From contig NC_134031.1 in assembly GCF_964204645.1 (NCBI RefSeq), forward strand, positions 14,867,807-14,931,806: a stretch of DNA of 64,000 bases, written 5' to 3'. The notes beneath the pieces are model-generated. The model had not been told where the DNA came from. It did no database searches and was given only the letters and a program-made list of their open reading frames with translations. Both the position numbers and the translations under genes were made by a program. Of the stretch, positions 30,969-44,835 are shown one piece after another. The stretch's first letter is position 1, and each line of letters opens with the position of its first letter. Source of the stretch: Tubulanus polymorphus. Its lineage: Eukaryota > Animalia > Nemertea.

Positions 30969-33384
30969 ATGAACTACTTCCTAACCCTTGGAGCCGTACT
31001 GCTGTTGATGTCGTCATATGTGACGTCATGCCCGATCGTTAAAGGTAGTAAGTTTCATTGTTAATATTATCAGTTATATGCAGTTTGTACGAATCGAATT
31101 TTGAACAACTAGCTAACTACAATCTCACGGGTCCCGCATATAAAATATCCATAGACACCCAAAGCGTTGTATTGTTAACCTGACGATATCATAACGATGG
31201 TCAAAAATAATCTTATATTTACATGAGAGATGATGCCCGAAATTTGGCAAACAAACTATGACGTCACGCGGTCAACTTCATTGTTGCAGCCAGGTGGATT
31301 TTTGTCACGTGACAGCTCATTTGTGCAGACAAACGCTCGAATCCATACGTTTCACAGTTGTATTATTATTTCTGTATCAATTTGTTTCTAAATTATTTGA
31401 CTTTCTTCTGGTTTTGTTGTTGCGCTTTTCCGTGAAATAGATATTGAAATTGATGAAATATGCTAATTCGATGGTATGAGTAATTTATATAACAGATTGC
31501 GATAGTTTCAGCATCCCAATCCTTGCATCTCAACCTGATTTCTATGATCAATATTTTTCGCGGTAAAATACATTCTTGGCAACTTACCAGCTTCCGGGCA
31601 AACTTCGTCCTTTTAGCTAACCTAGCATTTTGATTAGTCACAAGGTCATCCGCCAGTTGGCTTCAACTCTTACCAACTGACTCGTCATTTGGTTTTACTT
31701 TCGTAGTTACGATAATATTCGTTACACATTTTATAATTTAGACGACGACACGATTACAAGTACTGTAACTACTACACCAACTGCTACTGGAACTACCGAG
31801 ACTACATCAGTAACTGATACTGAAACTACCGAGACTACATCAACAGCTGATACTGAAACTACCGAGAGTACATCAGCAGCTGATACTGAAACTACCGAGA
31901 CTACATCAGCAGCTGATACTGAAACTACCGAGACTACGTCAGCAACTGATACTGAAACTACCGAAACTACATCAGCAACTGATACTGAAACTACCGCGAC
32001 TACATCAGCAACTGATACTGAAACTACCGAAACTACATCAGCAACTGATACTGAAACTACCGGGACTACATCAGCAACTGCTACTGAAACTACCGCGACT
32101 ACATCAGGTAAGTTTTTAGTCGAGAGTTATCTCAACTTTATTTCAACTCGATCAAAATTGTATATCTTTTTTTCAATTAAATGTCGTATAAATATGGTGT
32201 CTACAGATCTCAGAGTCAGAAACTGTGCAAATCGTTTCACCAAGGATAAACATCATCCATGATGTGTTTAGGTTTGTTTCCTATGTGGCACTGTGGAACG
32301 AACAATTCAAAGACAGCGTGGGTCAAATCCATAAGATTCACTTAGGTCTCTTTCCTATATACATAAAACGTTTGAAATTCGACATAAGTAGCCAGTATCG
32401 TCGTCGGGTTACGAACACTGGGATCCGACTAGAGTTTTTATCAGCCGGGCAATCGTGTCTCGTTTTTGATCACCCTTATTGCGATCATATTTTACCATGA
32501 ACCTCGCCAAAAAAAACAAACTCAAACGATAGTTTGTGCCTAGGGTAATTTATATTAAACTTGTAGAATATTGATAAGACGGCTTATCGCTGCGTCGACC
32601 TCATTCAGATCTTGATACAAATAATATCACCCATGCATTACTAACGACCATACCTATTTGTATTTTCATTACCAGAAGGAATGGAAGTTCAATTTGATAT
32701 GAATGTATTCACTTTCTTACTGAAATAGCAACACATCAGTTCAAATGATAGAAAAATGCTGTCTGTTCTGCCGTGGTCTTTTTTAGACTGCTTTAAAAAG
32801 TTCATTGTGATCGCTCCAACAATTATTATTGTAATTATGCAAAAAGTGGTGACATAATGATGTTGTCGAAAAATATGCGGCCACATATTCTTTAACAGAA
32901 TAATGCACCGGATTCAATGCCGTTGAAAGTGACGTCACATTTGTTACGACTGTCGTAACAAATCCAGTTATCGCATTCGAATGCTATTGATTAAATATCA
33001 TTAGGAAGTCGTCGCGATTCTGCGCGTTCGTTCATCGATGATTTTTAGCACCGTCTTATTAATAGATGTCGATTTTGATCGTCTCGGGAATTTTCTTAAA
33101 TGCCTGGACCCAGTTCCACAGTTCCCAGTTAAGATTTCACTCTGAGTTAACACATCGAAAATGAACTAATTTTAACTCTAACCCAGATCAGTGGAACTGG
33201 ATCCTTGTTGAATATTGATGTTCCATATTTATTCTCACGGTGATCGTGTAATCTTTAATTTATGTTACTTATAGTCTATTCGGTATCACAGTTTGTTTTT
33301 CAAGTGTTTTTTTTTCTTTCAACAGATAAACCTGTTAAATATACGTACAGGAAAGGCCCATGGTTAGTATCCGTATATCATTGA
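30969..33384 (+). CDS. Small secreted Thr-rich mucin-like protein with 11-aa repeats, 3 exons, 166 aa
   Basis: Exons 30969-31044 (signal peptide MNYFLTLGAVLLLMSSYVTSC), 31742-32107 (33-bp repeats, TDTETTETTSA) and 33326-33384 (DKPVKYTYRKGPWLVSVYH*). Phase-1 GT-AG introns; AATAAA near 33913. Confidence 0.72.
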
Positions 33385-35001
33385 GGAAGGTCAATTTACG
33401 CTCGACGATATAATTCCCGGCTTGGCATCGTAGTTAATACAACTCGTGGACCTATTTGCTTAGATTTATTTTTCATTATCTATAACTACAGCAGCCTCCG
33501 TCTAAACCGGTACCGGTCTATCCGTACAATTCGGCAAAATGAAAACAAGATTTCAGTTTGCTAGTTTTTCAATACAAAATATCGCCTAGTTTGGTATCTA
33601 TTGGCTCGATTCGGTAAAATTTTGACATCATCATTCCCGTTCATTGTGCGCCTGAACCGGTAAACGGCAAACGGCTCTATTCGTCTACCGTCAACAGTGC
33701 TGTATTTTCAAACCCAGGCAACCGCCTAAACTCGGTAGAAAAATGAAGGCCTCAACACTGTACCGTACTGTTTATAAGGCGGAGTCTACTGTATTATGCT
33801 TTGCTCGTGTTCGTTATTCTCATGTTAAGTGTCACTCTCGCTAAAGATATTGTGTTGTTTCCGTATTGATAGTACTGATTCGTCTGATAACAAAGCGACA
33901 AATCGTATCTTTAATAAACTAGTGTTAATGTCACATCATAGAGTTAGTTTCCTCGTTGTTTACGTTATCGATTTTTGGAATCCCTAAAAAAGGTTATTAA
34001 CATTGCTATTAAGATATTTGGTATTCTGATGACTGCGCAGTGTCGTCCTGTATCGATCCTCTCTTCAGATTTTACCAATACCTCATTTAGGGAGGATCTA
34101 TGCTTCGGCGAAGAGGCAATGTTCCGAACGAACTTACTCGAACAATGAGAGGGTAAATGTTAGATCCTATAACCGGCTCGACAGTGCTATGATAACGTCT
34201 AAAATCCTCTCGCACGTTCTAGCACGTTTAAGGCCCTAGTAAACAAAAAAACTTAATCAGTTCAATTCATATTAACGGGTTGACCACCACGGGATGCCAC
34301 CATTATTATCCTTCGGTCTATCTGCCACTAAGAGGCGTATTGATCTGATTACCTACGCCAAATATAAAAACAAACAAACAAACGAATTTAAGTTCGGAAT
34401 TTTATTTGAAGTCATCTCTCGATTATACCAGCGGAGAAACTGATATCGTTTCTAAACGAGTTGATACATGACTAGTTCTGCCGACAACGTTTTGAACAGG
34501 AAGAGTGACACTTTTTCTCAATGCAGTGAGTGACAACACTAGGTGCCAGTTGCACAGTCATGACCTAAGTCCAAAAGTGGTCTAAAAATTATAAGACCGG
34601 TCTTAAATTGTTAGATTGGCTATAGAACAAAGTTGGTCTTAGACTAGTCTTAAGTCTAAGCCATGACTATGCAACCAGCCCCAGGCCCGTTATTGACGTA
34701 AGTTTCACACCTCTTCTTGCAGAGCGTTAAACAGGTCGCACACATATCAGAATTAGCGCCGCCAGCGACCGCTATCAGAACTAAAACTACCAGATACTGG
34801 AATGAAAGCATATTTATAGTAAAAGCTGGATATTTTCTGAGTAACGAACAATATTTCTATTTTTTTAAAAACAATTCACAGAAATTCTGGAAATAATGTA
34901 TATATGTTCAGATATTTGAATGCATAAATGGTTGGATGACCCCTAGAGACAGTGAGGACTCCGCAATGGCCAAGGCACGTGGGAATTGCAGATATAGTGA
35001 A

Positions 35002-35295
35002 GATCCACCAGGTGTTACTAGTGTGCAGTAGGACATCAACTACTGCAGCAATAGGGGATTCCATTTGTGACAAGTGAGGATCCACCAGGTGTCGCTAGTG
35101 TGCAGTAGGACATCAACTAATGCAGCAATAGAGGATTCCACGTGTGGCAAGTGAGGATCCACCAGGTGTCACTAGTGTGCAGTAGGACATCAACTACTGC
35201 AGCAATAGAGGATTCCATTTGTGTCAAGTGAAGATCCACCAGGTGTCGTGAGTGTACAGTAGGACATCAACTACTGCAGCAGTTGAGGATTCCAC
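35002..35295. repeat. 77-bp tandem repeat, about 4 copies
   Basis: GATCCACCAGGTGT..CTAGTGTGCAGTAGGACATCAACTA at 35002, 35079, 35156 and 35233. Confidence 0.92.
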
Positions 35296-38200
35296 AGTTT
35301 TAGAACAATTAATAAACTACCTTGATGACGACATGTTGCTACGATTTTGTAGGTTTCAGATCCCGATCGCGTTTGTGAAGTCGATGCAATGAGTTTTACT
35401 GCACGAATACAAATGTGATCGCGGTTTAAATAGAGCGAATTCATGGTAAAACAAAATTGTTGAAATTGTGAAGATGATTCGATTGGTTCTAATTCTATCC
35501 ACCATTCACACGTACTCAATTCGGTATCGTATTTTACTGACAGATATAAATATCGCATTACATTGAATTCTTTTAGGCAGCTGATGGTGACGATGTTCTC
35601 CATTTGTTCCTAAACCCGGTTTCACGAAACAAAAAACTTATCATCGAGAATGAAAAGATCGTCATTAATCATATCGTTTCTGAATCGTTGAAGTCGCCAA
35701 CATTCTCCACCGTCTTATGGTCTCTTAAAAGCCTAACGTATATCGACAAAGTAGCTCGAGACATTGAACTAGTTGCTGCTGCAAGGCAGTTTTCGGCGTA
35801 CGCGACTAGGGCGCATCGATTCACACAGGATTCCTTACATAACGGATACTATCAGTGTACATAAACATTATTGTAACGGTTTTTACGGCGTCCAAAAAGG
35901 CGTCCGAAATGTTTCCTACTGCGGAACCTCTCATTATGACGAACTCGGATACAATGATTCATCGGATATAACGAATACAGAATTCCGTCCCTAGTAAGAA
36001 CATTGGTTGGTTTTAAACGAACTATCGGTTATAACGTGGGTCCCGTGAAGTTCGTTGTAACGAGGGTTCAACTGTGGTAGTTTATACAACGTTTAGACTA
36101 TTGTTGCCCTCATTATAAACATTGATATGAAACACACTGGAGTCCGTGTTGTATTGTAGAATCACACGCTAAGAATAAAGACTCAATCCTAATAGAGGTA
36201 CACTGAATATTAAGGTGGCTGATTTGGGCCACACGAAAAAAATGTTTCTGTGCGGCTAGAGGAACGATAAAAACATTTCACATTGGCCCGTTTTTTTGTT
36301 TTCTCGCTCGACAGTTTTTTTCCTGAGGCCTAAAAACTATCGCGCGACCCGGGTTTAATTGAAACGTCGCAACGTTGCCGAAAACTATCCGCTCTGAAAG
36401 AAAACATTGTGTGGACTCGTCTCATCCTCGTTGCAGGAGGAAAGTATCGGATAAGGGGATTGGGTGACAGAACTGGATAAACAGGAACATACTGCGGAGT
36501 GTGGTACACGCGAAGGGCTTTCCTTGGATAAAGTAGTCACGCTGAAGGCTATTACCGAATTCCCGCCCATCCATCAACCGGCATTATTAGAAACGCATCG
36601 GAAAAGGTGCAATTTCTGAGACGATGAGCGGCGAATTTATTTTTTCTCAAAGCTTTCTGGATCATTGTCTCGATAAAAAGGAATCACCTCTAGTGGGTTA
36701 GACCCGCTCCCTCTCACTCCCTAGATCCGTCCCAAAGACATAATTTTGTCACACATCACAAAACGACGAGGCGGGAAGGACGGGGGTTATAGCCCAACGG
36801 GTACAGATTATTACTGTGCTCATCCTGTTTTTAAGCCGCTCTTTACAGATCGGATTATTTTTCATTTTACCCCGTTTAATTTCATATTAAATGTTTGAAT
36901 AATTAAAATGCGATGGATTTGTCGTGAATCGTGTGTTGAGTCTTGCGGTCGTGCTGTTTTTATATTCAGGGCCCACACGATGCCTGAAGCCGTTTTCATC
37001 TTCTGATGTTTCCGAACAAAATCGGAGCGAACGTCGTTTTGAAAAGTACGTAAAAACTTCCATGAATCAGCTTATTATTTATATCTCGATAGAAATGTTT
37101 TATAACTCATGGAAATTTCGCGCAACAACTCATTTTTGCACGACCCGAAACTCTGGAATATGATGAAGCATGATACAACACGTTTCATGACGATATTCAT
37201 AAGAGGTTATTCTAGTATATTCATCAACTACGCATTGTTTTGATATAATACGAGGCCTTTTAGATCAGAAATTACAAACAGGTTTTATGTAAATGAATAA
37301 TGAATTCGGCTGCGTTCATTGGAGATTCAATCTTACACAGTGTTTGAGACATGTTCGATATACTCCGTGATTCAGGTAAGAAATCAAATAATTCGTTATT
37401 AATTCAAAGTGTCCAGTTGGTAAGAAAAAGAGAATTATTATTTACATGACGAGAGAGCTGTGGACGAGCTGAGAATCAGTGAACGGGAAAATAAATTGTT
37501 CGTGTTTAGGCTTAAAAAATGATACATTGATTCTCCGCAGCGGCCGGGTCACTTCGTAAACTGAAATAGAATCAGTTCATTTCTTTTTTTGTATCTTAAA
37601 ATAGGGATTGACCCTGTTATTTATTTGCTTGGTAAATTTCGTTTGATTTTTTGATTGAGTGTCCCTTACAGACCCACCACACCTGCCGGGAAACAGGATG
37701 TTTGATTTTGAAATCGGAAATCGAAGTACAGATATAGTTGTGTGATCGGCGGTCGAGTTTACATATTTTTTTGTTCATTTTATTAGCTGTCGGGTCTGTT
37801 TTTGTATGCCTGGTCACAATAACTGAATAGATAGGCGGTCAACTTTTGCGTTGAGCAGACGAAGAAACAAGGTATCCATTTTTTGCCTTAAGATGAATTT
37901 ATATGAAGTACCAGTATTACCGTTTACCCGATGAAGCGCTTGTAGCGCAAAATCGTATTTTTAAGACAAATTTAGTTCTAATCATTCAAGATAATATTTG
38001 TCTTTTCGTTCAACTATTCGTATGAACTTTCAGTTTTTCCGCCGCCGCCGCCGCCGCCGCCGCTGCTGGTACTCACGCGAATGAATAAACTAAACACTTT
38101 TTTTTTAGAGTAAACGGTAAATCCATACACACATCTCATCCGCCGTAACCTTGAGATCCAAATCTTTGACGATCTGAATAGGCATTTCACCTGAATAGTC

Positions 38201-38666
38201 GTCACTTTACTATTAAAAAAACAACAAATATAACCGCAATTTCAGCTAAACAATTTGTAAATTAAAATACTGTCTATCATAAGATTCATTCTACTATCTA
38301 TAGTAGACTGCGCGTTAGTCTCAGATCTCAAAATTCTCTCCGGGAATTCCGGGGTAGTTGGAGTGGCAGTTGGAGTGTCATCATCAGATGACTTGGGGTC
38401 TGGAGGCACACAGAGCGCAAAATAATCTGAGGTAAGTGGCATGGTAAGCCTGCAGTCTACTGCAGAGAGTTGATAACTTGGAAATAATGTATAAAATGAA
38501 TTCTTACGATTGATACATTCTATCTAGCTGTTCGAGCGATACAGTTGAATCCGTATACACTAACTGATATCTTCTATCCGATTGTTTAATGACCGAAGTT
38601 ATGGAATCTGCCCTTATTATTGAAAATATGGATAAATGTGTTAATTTGAATAACGGTTTTTCAGAA

Positions 38667-38800
38667 ATCTGATTGCCGATTGTCGACCTGCTCTCGAGTC
38701 GACAATCGGCAATTGGCAATCAAAAACCTGAATGGTCGACTATCAGGTTTCCGATTGCCGATTGTCGATTGCCGATTGCCGATTGCCGATTGTCGACTTC
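38667..38800. repeat. (GATTGCC)n heptamer repeat with an internal inverted copy
   Basis: Seen directly. Confidence 0.75.
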
Positions 38801-39479
38801 TGAAAATCACTTCACGTGCCTCCTTCTATCGATCTGCGCGTATTAATACTTTTCTCAGTGAACATGTTGGACCCGCAGATCTACTTTTACCTGTTCTGGA
38901 GTTGAGCCACAATGGTCAAACAAAGCGAAGTGGATCATTTCCGGTACCAGTTACAATTCAAACGCAATCATTTGTCTGGTGCTAAAATTTGGCAAGGGCC
39001 GGGTCCGACGTTTTTGGTCGGGCCAGATTTGGCCCGGGCCAAACAGGCTCGCGCCGATTCGGCACCCGTGTGAACAGTTGTTCCGGGCCAAATTTGACAT
39101 GGCCCCAAAAATGCTCGTGTGACCGCGGCTATAGAATTTTTCAATCTTGGCTTCGTTATTGTGGGATTTCTCTCGTTAGTATTAGATAATTCTAGTGATG
39201 TGTAGTGACGGCCAGTGACGGGAGTTTATTCAAGTCCCCCGTGGGTCGTACGAAAATATTCCCCGGAATGAACGACTTTGTAACAAATGTAATCTAGGCA
39301 AAATTGGCGACGAATACCATTTCATAATCGAGTGTCATTTTTTCGAGAGTTTAAGAAGTCGGTACAAACCGCAACAACGGTAGTAAATGTCCCTAACTTA
39401 CGAAAATTTATGAATCTTTTTACATCACAAGACCCAAACATCTTAAGGAAGCTAGCAGTATTTATCAAAAAAGGTTAGC

Positions 39480-39570
39480 GGTAAAAATCCCCTTGGTAAA
39501 AATCCCCTTGGTAAAAATTCCCTAGGTAAAAATTCCCTAGGTAAAAATCCTCTCGGTAAAAATCCCCAAT
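39480..39570. repeat. 15-bp tandem repeat (GGTAAAAATCCCCTT)
   Basis: About 6 copies. Confidence 0.85.
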
Positions 39571-39660
39571 TCTTCTAAGTAGATAAAAATCTCCCTCCTT
39601 CTGAATGTGTAAAAATGTGTGAAGAAAACACATAGCCTCGTCTAGCCATCGCTGGGCATA

Positions 39661-41432
39661 CACGTCTTAATAAAGAAGTTTCCAGTTTCTAGGCGCCATT
39701 TTGTGGCGGTCCCGCGAGGTCCCCATTGTTGCGATAATTTGCGCTCATTTTTAAAACATAAGTTTCGATTGAATATCATATAGTTCTGCAGTCCCTAGCT
39801 CGACGAAATCAATTTATACACCATTTTAAAGGAAATGAAATGCAGATATTTGCTGGCGATTCTTGGAATTTTTGAACTCAACAATTGAGAACAGTGAAGA
39901 TGTGAAACCAAGGACCGCATATCTTAACCGTGCGTAAAAGAAATCGCAATATTTATTAATTTTAAAATATCTAAGTATCTCTTAAAGCTATATTTCCAAT
40001 TTTCACAGAGGTTAAAGAGGGTTATTTGCAGTTAAAGCCTGCGTTGAATTTTTTTAAATATCTTTCCTGACGACTGATCTGTACCCGCTTGAGTTTGAGA
40101 TTACGCGCAAAAGGGGTCTCCCACTGCGCATTGCAATTTCACTGAACATTGAGATTTGCGACAAGAAATTTTTAAATGCAATTTGATTTCTTCACATTTT
40201 CCATGGGGATATTTTGAGATGATAATCCATATCTTCTTTGTACCGTATTTTGGCGGGAGCAATTCGTTAATCTGGTTTCGGGATCCGGTTTGTCCCGCTA
40301 TTGAAGTGTGAACGGCCCAGTTGAGGAATTGTCGTATACAGCCCGTCCAGCCTAGCGCCGATTTTGTGTTCGGTGAAATCAAACGTTTTAGAGTCGATGG
40401 TGAAATGTGCCAGTCAATTTAAACGCTTAGGACATATTTAACACATATCTCTCTCTGGTAATCCCTCATTCTGGGATCATACGATGAATTTAATGAATCT
40501 CAACCTTCTTGCTGGAAAACATCGACCAGAAAACCTTACTGATATAAAATTCCAATATAATATTTAAAGGGGTTCATATCTGTCCCCCATTTGATATTCT
40601 GTTTTAGGGGGTCAACGTCCAGTTTGGCAACTTTCAGCTGCGCCGCATATTCAAAACTATATAAAAACTTAGATTTTTTTTCTAGTGTCCAACCATGAGT
40701 GGTACATTCGGTTGAAACGCAAATTAGGTTCTCAACTAGGCCACATTTGCAACCAACACAGAAAGTCCCCACTCTAACAAGAAATCCTTTAATTTCCCAA
40801 CGCTACAAAACTCGAATTCATCAAAACACTCAAAGTCCATTTTCAACCATACGAAAATAAAGGTAATATATAACCATCAGAAGCAATATTGATAATTACA
40901 AACCAGTATAAAATCTTATTTTTGCGATTTCTTTTCACAAATCTCAATGTTCAGTGAAATGGCGGTGCGCAGTGGGAGACCCCTTTTGCGCGTAATCTCA
41001 AACTCAAGCGGGTACAGATCAGTCGTCAGGAAAGATATTTTTAAAAATTCAACGCAGGCTTTAACTGCAAATAACCCTCTTTAACCTCTGTGAAAATTGG
41101 AAATATAGCTTTAAGAGATACTTAGATATTTTAAAATTAATAAATATTGCGCTTTCTTTTACGCACGGTTAAGATATGCGGTCCTTGGTTTCACATCTTC
41201 ACTGTTCTCAATTGTTGAGTTCAAAAATTCCAAGAATCGCCAGCAAATATCTGCATTTCATTTCCTTTAAAATGGTGTATAAATTGATTTCGTCGAGCAA
41301 GGGACTGCAGAACTATATGATATTCAATCGAAACTTATGTTTTAAAATTGAGCGCAAATTATCGCAACAATAGGGACCTCGAGGGACCGCCACAAAATGG
41401 CGCCTAGAAACTGGAAACTTCTTTATTGCGTG
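39661..41432. mobile_element. Foldback-type DNA element with ~510-bp near-identical inverted arms, flanked by TA
   Basis: 39661-~40170 is the reverse complement of ~40925-41432; ends are TA|CACG...CGTG|TA. Confidence 0.9.
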
Positions 41433-42089
41433 TATAAATGATATGTACGAACTTCATAGAAGAAAAAGTGTTACTGTACATTGTAAATGAAACTGGAGTA
41501 ACTGTAATTGTATAACTGTAAACCGTTTATTTGTTTGTATCCTGTGCTCGAAAAGAGAAGAAGGATTTTGTGTTTGAATAATATATAGGCCTATCATGTC
41601 AACGCGTATATCATTACCCCACGTGTCAACGCGTATATTATCACCCCACGTGCGCCGGGTGACCTCTACGCATTGTAAGTCTTGAGTGTTATGCGAAAAT
41701 ATTATCACTTCATAAACACGTTGACATGACAGGATGCGATAATTATAATCGTGACGCAGCGGATTACCTGGAAAATAATTAAATCATGCACGTATCAAAC
41801 GTGTTTAAACCGTTGCCAAAACAACTCGCAGAGACCGTTACCCAGTGCCCAAACAACTCGCTTAGGAATATGATTAATGTAAAAATTAGTAGCCCTTTGT
41901 CTGGAGTTTTTGGGAGAGAGAATGTAACTACTAGGATGAAAGCAAATAAAGATAGCAAAACGTGATCATACCAGATAATATACGAAGTGGATAGTATTTA
42001 ATATCTAACCCAAGAGGAAAAGGCAGGCCGGAGAAACCACTGAGAGAAGATCAGCCGGCAGTACAACATCGGTGAACTGTTAGCTGGTT

Positions 42090-43392
42090 CTACCTGGATG
42101 GAGGTTCACCCGCATGGGTGGAGGTCTTCCTGGATGAGGGGGGATCTACCTGAATGGAGGGTCACCCGCATGGGTGGAGGTCTTCCTGGATGAGGGGGAT
42201 CTACCTGAATGGAGGTCCACCTGCATGGGTGGAGGTCTTCCTGGATGAGGGGGATCTACCTGAATGGAGGGTCACCCGCATGGGTGGAGGTCTTCCTGGA
42301 TGAGGGGATCTACCTGGATGGAGGTCCACTTGCATGGGTGGAGGTTCCTGGATGAGGGGATCTACCCAGGGGCGGATCCAGACCGTATTAGCCGTATTGC
42401 CCAATACGGTCTAGAATTGTTAAGCGCCCTTCGAAATTTCACCGGCAATATTTTTGACGGCATTATTTCAGCAACCGCTAATTCCGTGTCCGTAATCCGG
42501 GCATAATTATAAAATTAATCGGTATATACTGCTGCCGAGAAAGTGAGGAGAGGTAATCATATTTGTAAAGCCTTTAATCATGATAAATTAAATAGGGCAC
42601 TTTCCTTTTGCAAGGGGCACTCATGCTTTAGATGAGGGCACCTTGTCCTTGCCTTTTCAAGGAGGGCTAAAGGGGCACTCGTACTTTAGAAGAGGGCACT
42701 ATACGCGGAAAATGTTGAAGAAAAGGGCACTTTTTTGCCTAATTTTTAAAATTTTAGGGGCACTTTTGGTTTGGAAGATGGCACACGACATGAGGATAAA
42801 TGTGAAGACGAGGCAATTTTTGCCGATTGTTAACAATGAAGGGGCACTTAGCCGTATTCTGTATAATTGTTAAGGGGCACTTTTAAAGATTATAGGGGCA
42901 CTAGGCGAAGTTGGCGACAACCATTCTTTCATGGGTTCGCCAGCTTCATTTTTTATCCGCATCTGAAATCTTGTCTCGAATTCGTTTATTCTGGATTGCT
43001 CTGCTAGCCTCTAGAAGCCCTCTAAAAACCTTTAAATGGTACCATATTTTCAAAATTTTCCGGGGGTGGGCCCCCAGACCCCCCTCTAAGGACTTCGCGC
43101 CTTCGGCGCTCGCATTGACCTGGATACTGGGTGTGCCCTAAATCAGAAAGCTGCCGTTCAATTTCCTTCCAATACTGTCTACCCATCCCCCTGGATCCGC
43201 CCCTGCTACCTGGATCAAGGGATCTTCCTGGGTGCGGTGTCTGTGCCTGCCTGGAAGGAGTTCTACTTGATGAGGAGCAGGTCTACCTCGATCAGGGGAT
43301 GTACCTGGATGAGGGGATACCTGCATGAATGGAGGTCTTCCTGAATGAGGGGTCTAAGCTGGATCAGGGAATGTACCTGGATCAGGGGATCT
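42090..43392. repeat. ~55-bp minisatellite (CTACCTGGATGGAGG...) interrupted by a MITE
   Basis: Units at 42090-42366, degenerate continuation at 43206-43392. Confidence 0.85.
42367..43205. mobile_element. Non-autonomous TIR element with a 5-bp TSD (CTACC)
   Basis: CAGGGGCGGATCCAG / CTGGATCCGCCCCTG, with CTACC on both flanks. Confidence 0.88.
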
Positions 43393-43727
43393 TTTCGCAA
43401 AGTTCTTACATATTTCAATAAATCAAGGTTAAATTTAAGAAACCGGAACGGGAATTTTTCACAATCTCACAAACTTTTAGTTATCTATAGTGACTTATGA
43501 TGAAGGTTTGAGGGCAAGTTGATGTAGGACCTGAGGCTGAGGGCACTTACACTTGTAAGTCAACTCACGCCATTAACAGGGGCACTTTTTCGTCAAACCC
43601 ATGGATTGAGGGGCTGCATCTCGGAGGGGAATGGAGTAAGCGCGACAGCATTCCGGAACCCACCCTGCTGTAGAAGGCTCTGCTGGTGATAGTGTTGGTT
43701 TCTCTCGATAGAGAGCACTGCTGTATT

Positions 43728-43978
43728 CAGGGGCGGATCTAGCTTTTCGGATAAGAGGGTGCTACTTACATATGGGGTGGGGTCCGGATATGCTCCTCCA
43801 GAAAATTAAGAAAAATAAAATGTATTCTGGGCACTTTCCTGGTTGAAATTAGTAATGAAATGTGTTCACTATTTCACCATTTTCTAAACAAAAAGACTTG
43901 GGTAGAAAATTCCAAGGTCACTCTGCTGAAAAAAGGGGGTGCGTGCAGCCGCCACGCACCCCCCTGGATTCGCCACTG
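43728..43978. mobile_element. Related short TIR element
   Basis: CAGGGGCGGATCTAG / CTGGATTCGCCACTG; flanks GTATT and GTATC. Confidence 0.7.
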
Positions 43979-44835
43979 GTATCAATCTAACTTACAACTT
44001 GATAGAACTCCATTTAATAATCAATTTTATTTCAGTGTTTAATTCAAGTATGAACATTATCACAGTGAATGTCCCCTCCCCCTAACAGATACCCCTCATC
44101 CCCTCCCCTTCCCTGCACATACCCCCTCCCTCCCACCCACAGATTCTCCCTCCCCACACATATTGACTAGATTAAACCTCTATAGTAATCTTTAATTCAG
44201 GATTTAATTACTCTCGAGATTAGACTTAAACGTCCAGACCCCTCACAGTTGAGGAGTATCGCCTCGTCCACGGAGCCGTATATTATTTTGTGACCTGACA
44301 TTATTCTCATTCTAACAATCATTTTGAACAATCAATTCACAATAGTTTATACAACGCACAATTATTCACTTCAACTCACTAACATACAATCACTGATTCT
44401 TAACATTCAACCACTAATTCAACAAGTATAATTCATTTATTTGGTATTTTCTTGTAAAGCAGCACTGAGTGAAACAGTATAGTCTGATCACCCGCCTGTC
44501 TGTATCCCCGCCCTTCAGCCCGCTCGCCTGTGTCCCCGCCCTCCCTAAGATCTAAATAATGAATAAATTAAACAAATAAATTAAACATGGACAAAGTGTT
44601 TAAATAATTGCCAACAAAATTCAATAGTTTTTCCAAAAAGACTTGTCAGTTGCGTTAAGTTGTAACGTAAGTAACTAAAGCAGATACATTAAATATAAAA
44701 ATCTTTGCACAAAAATATTTGAATTGTCTAAACATTGATAAGACGAAATTGAAGGTGAATTAATTATTGAGAGAACTAAGATAATACATAAACACTAGAA
44801 CTAACTTTAGAAAATTTTACCAATCATAACTAGTC

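Noticed and set aside
35002-35295. CRISPR-like spacing of repeats (also 48458-49000 and 54333-54678)
   Set aside because: Whole units repeat with no unique spacers; eukaryotic DNA with no cas genes
36910-37163. Signal-peptide-like frame (NRVLSLAVVLFLYSGPTRC)
   Set aside because: No in-frame ATG after the upstream stop, and no convincing downstream exons
38242-38442. 66-aa minus-strand ORF with a PTATPTTP stretch
   Set aside because: No recognisable family or linked exons; cannot be supported as a gene
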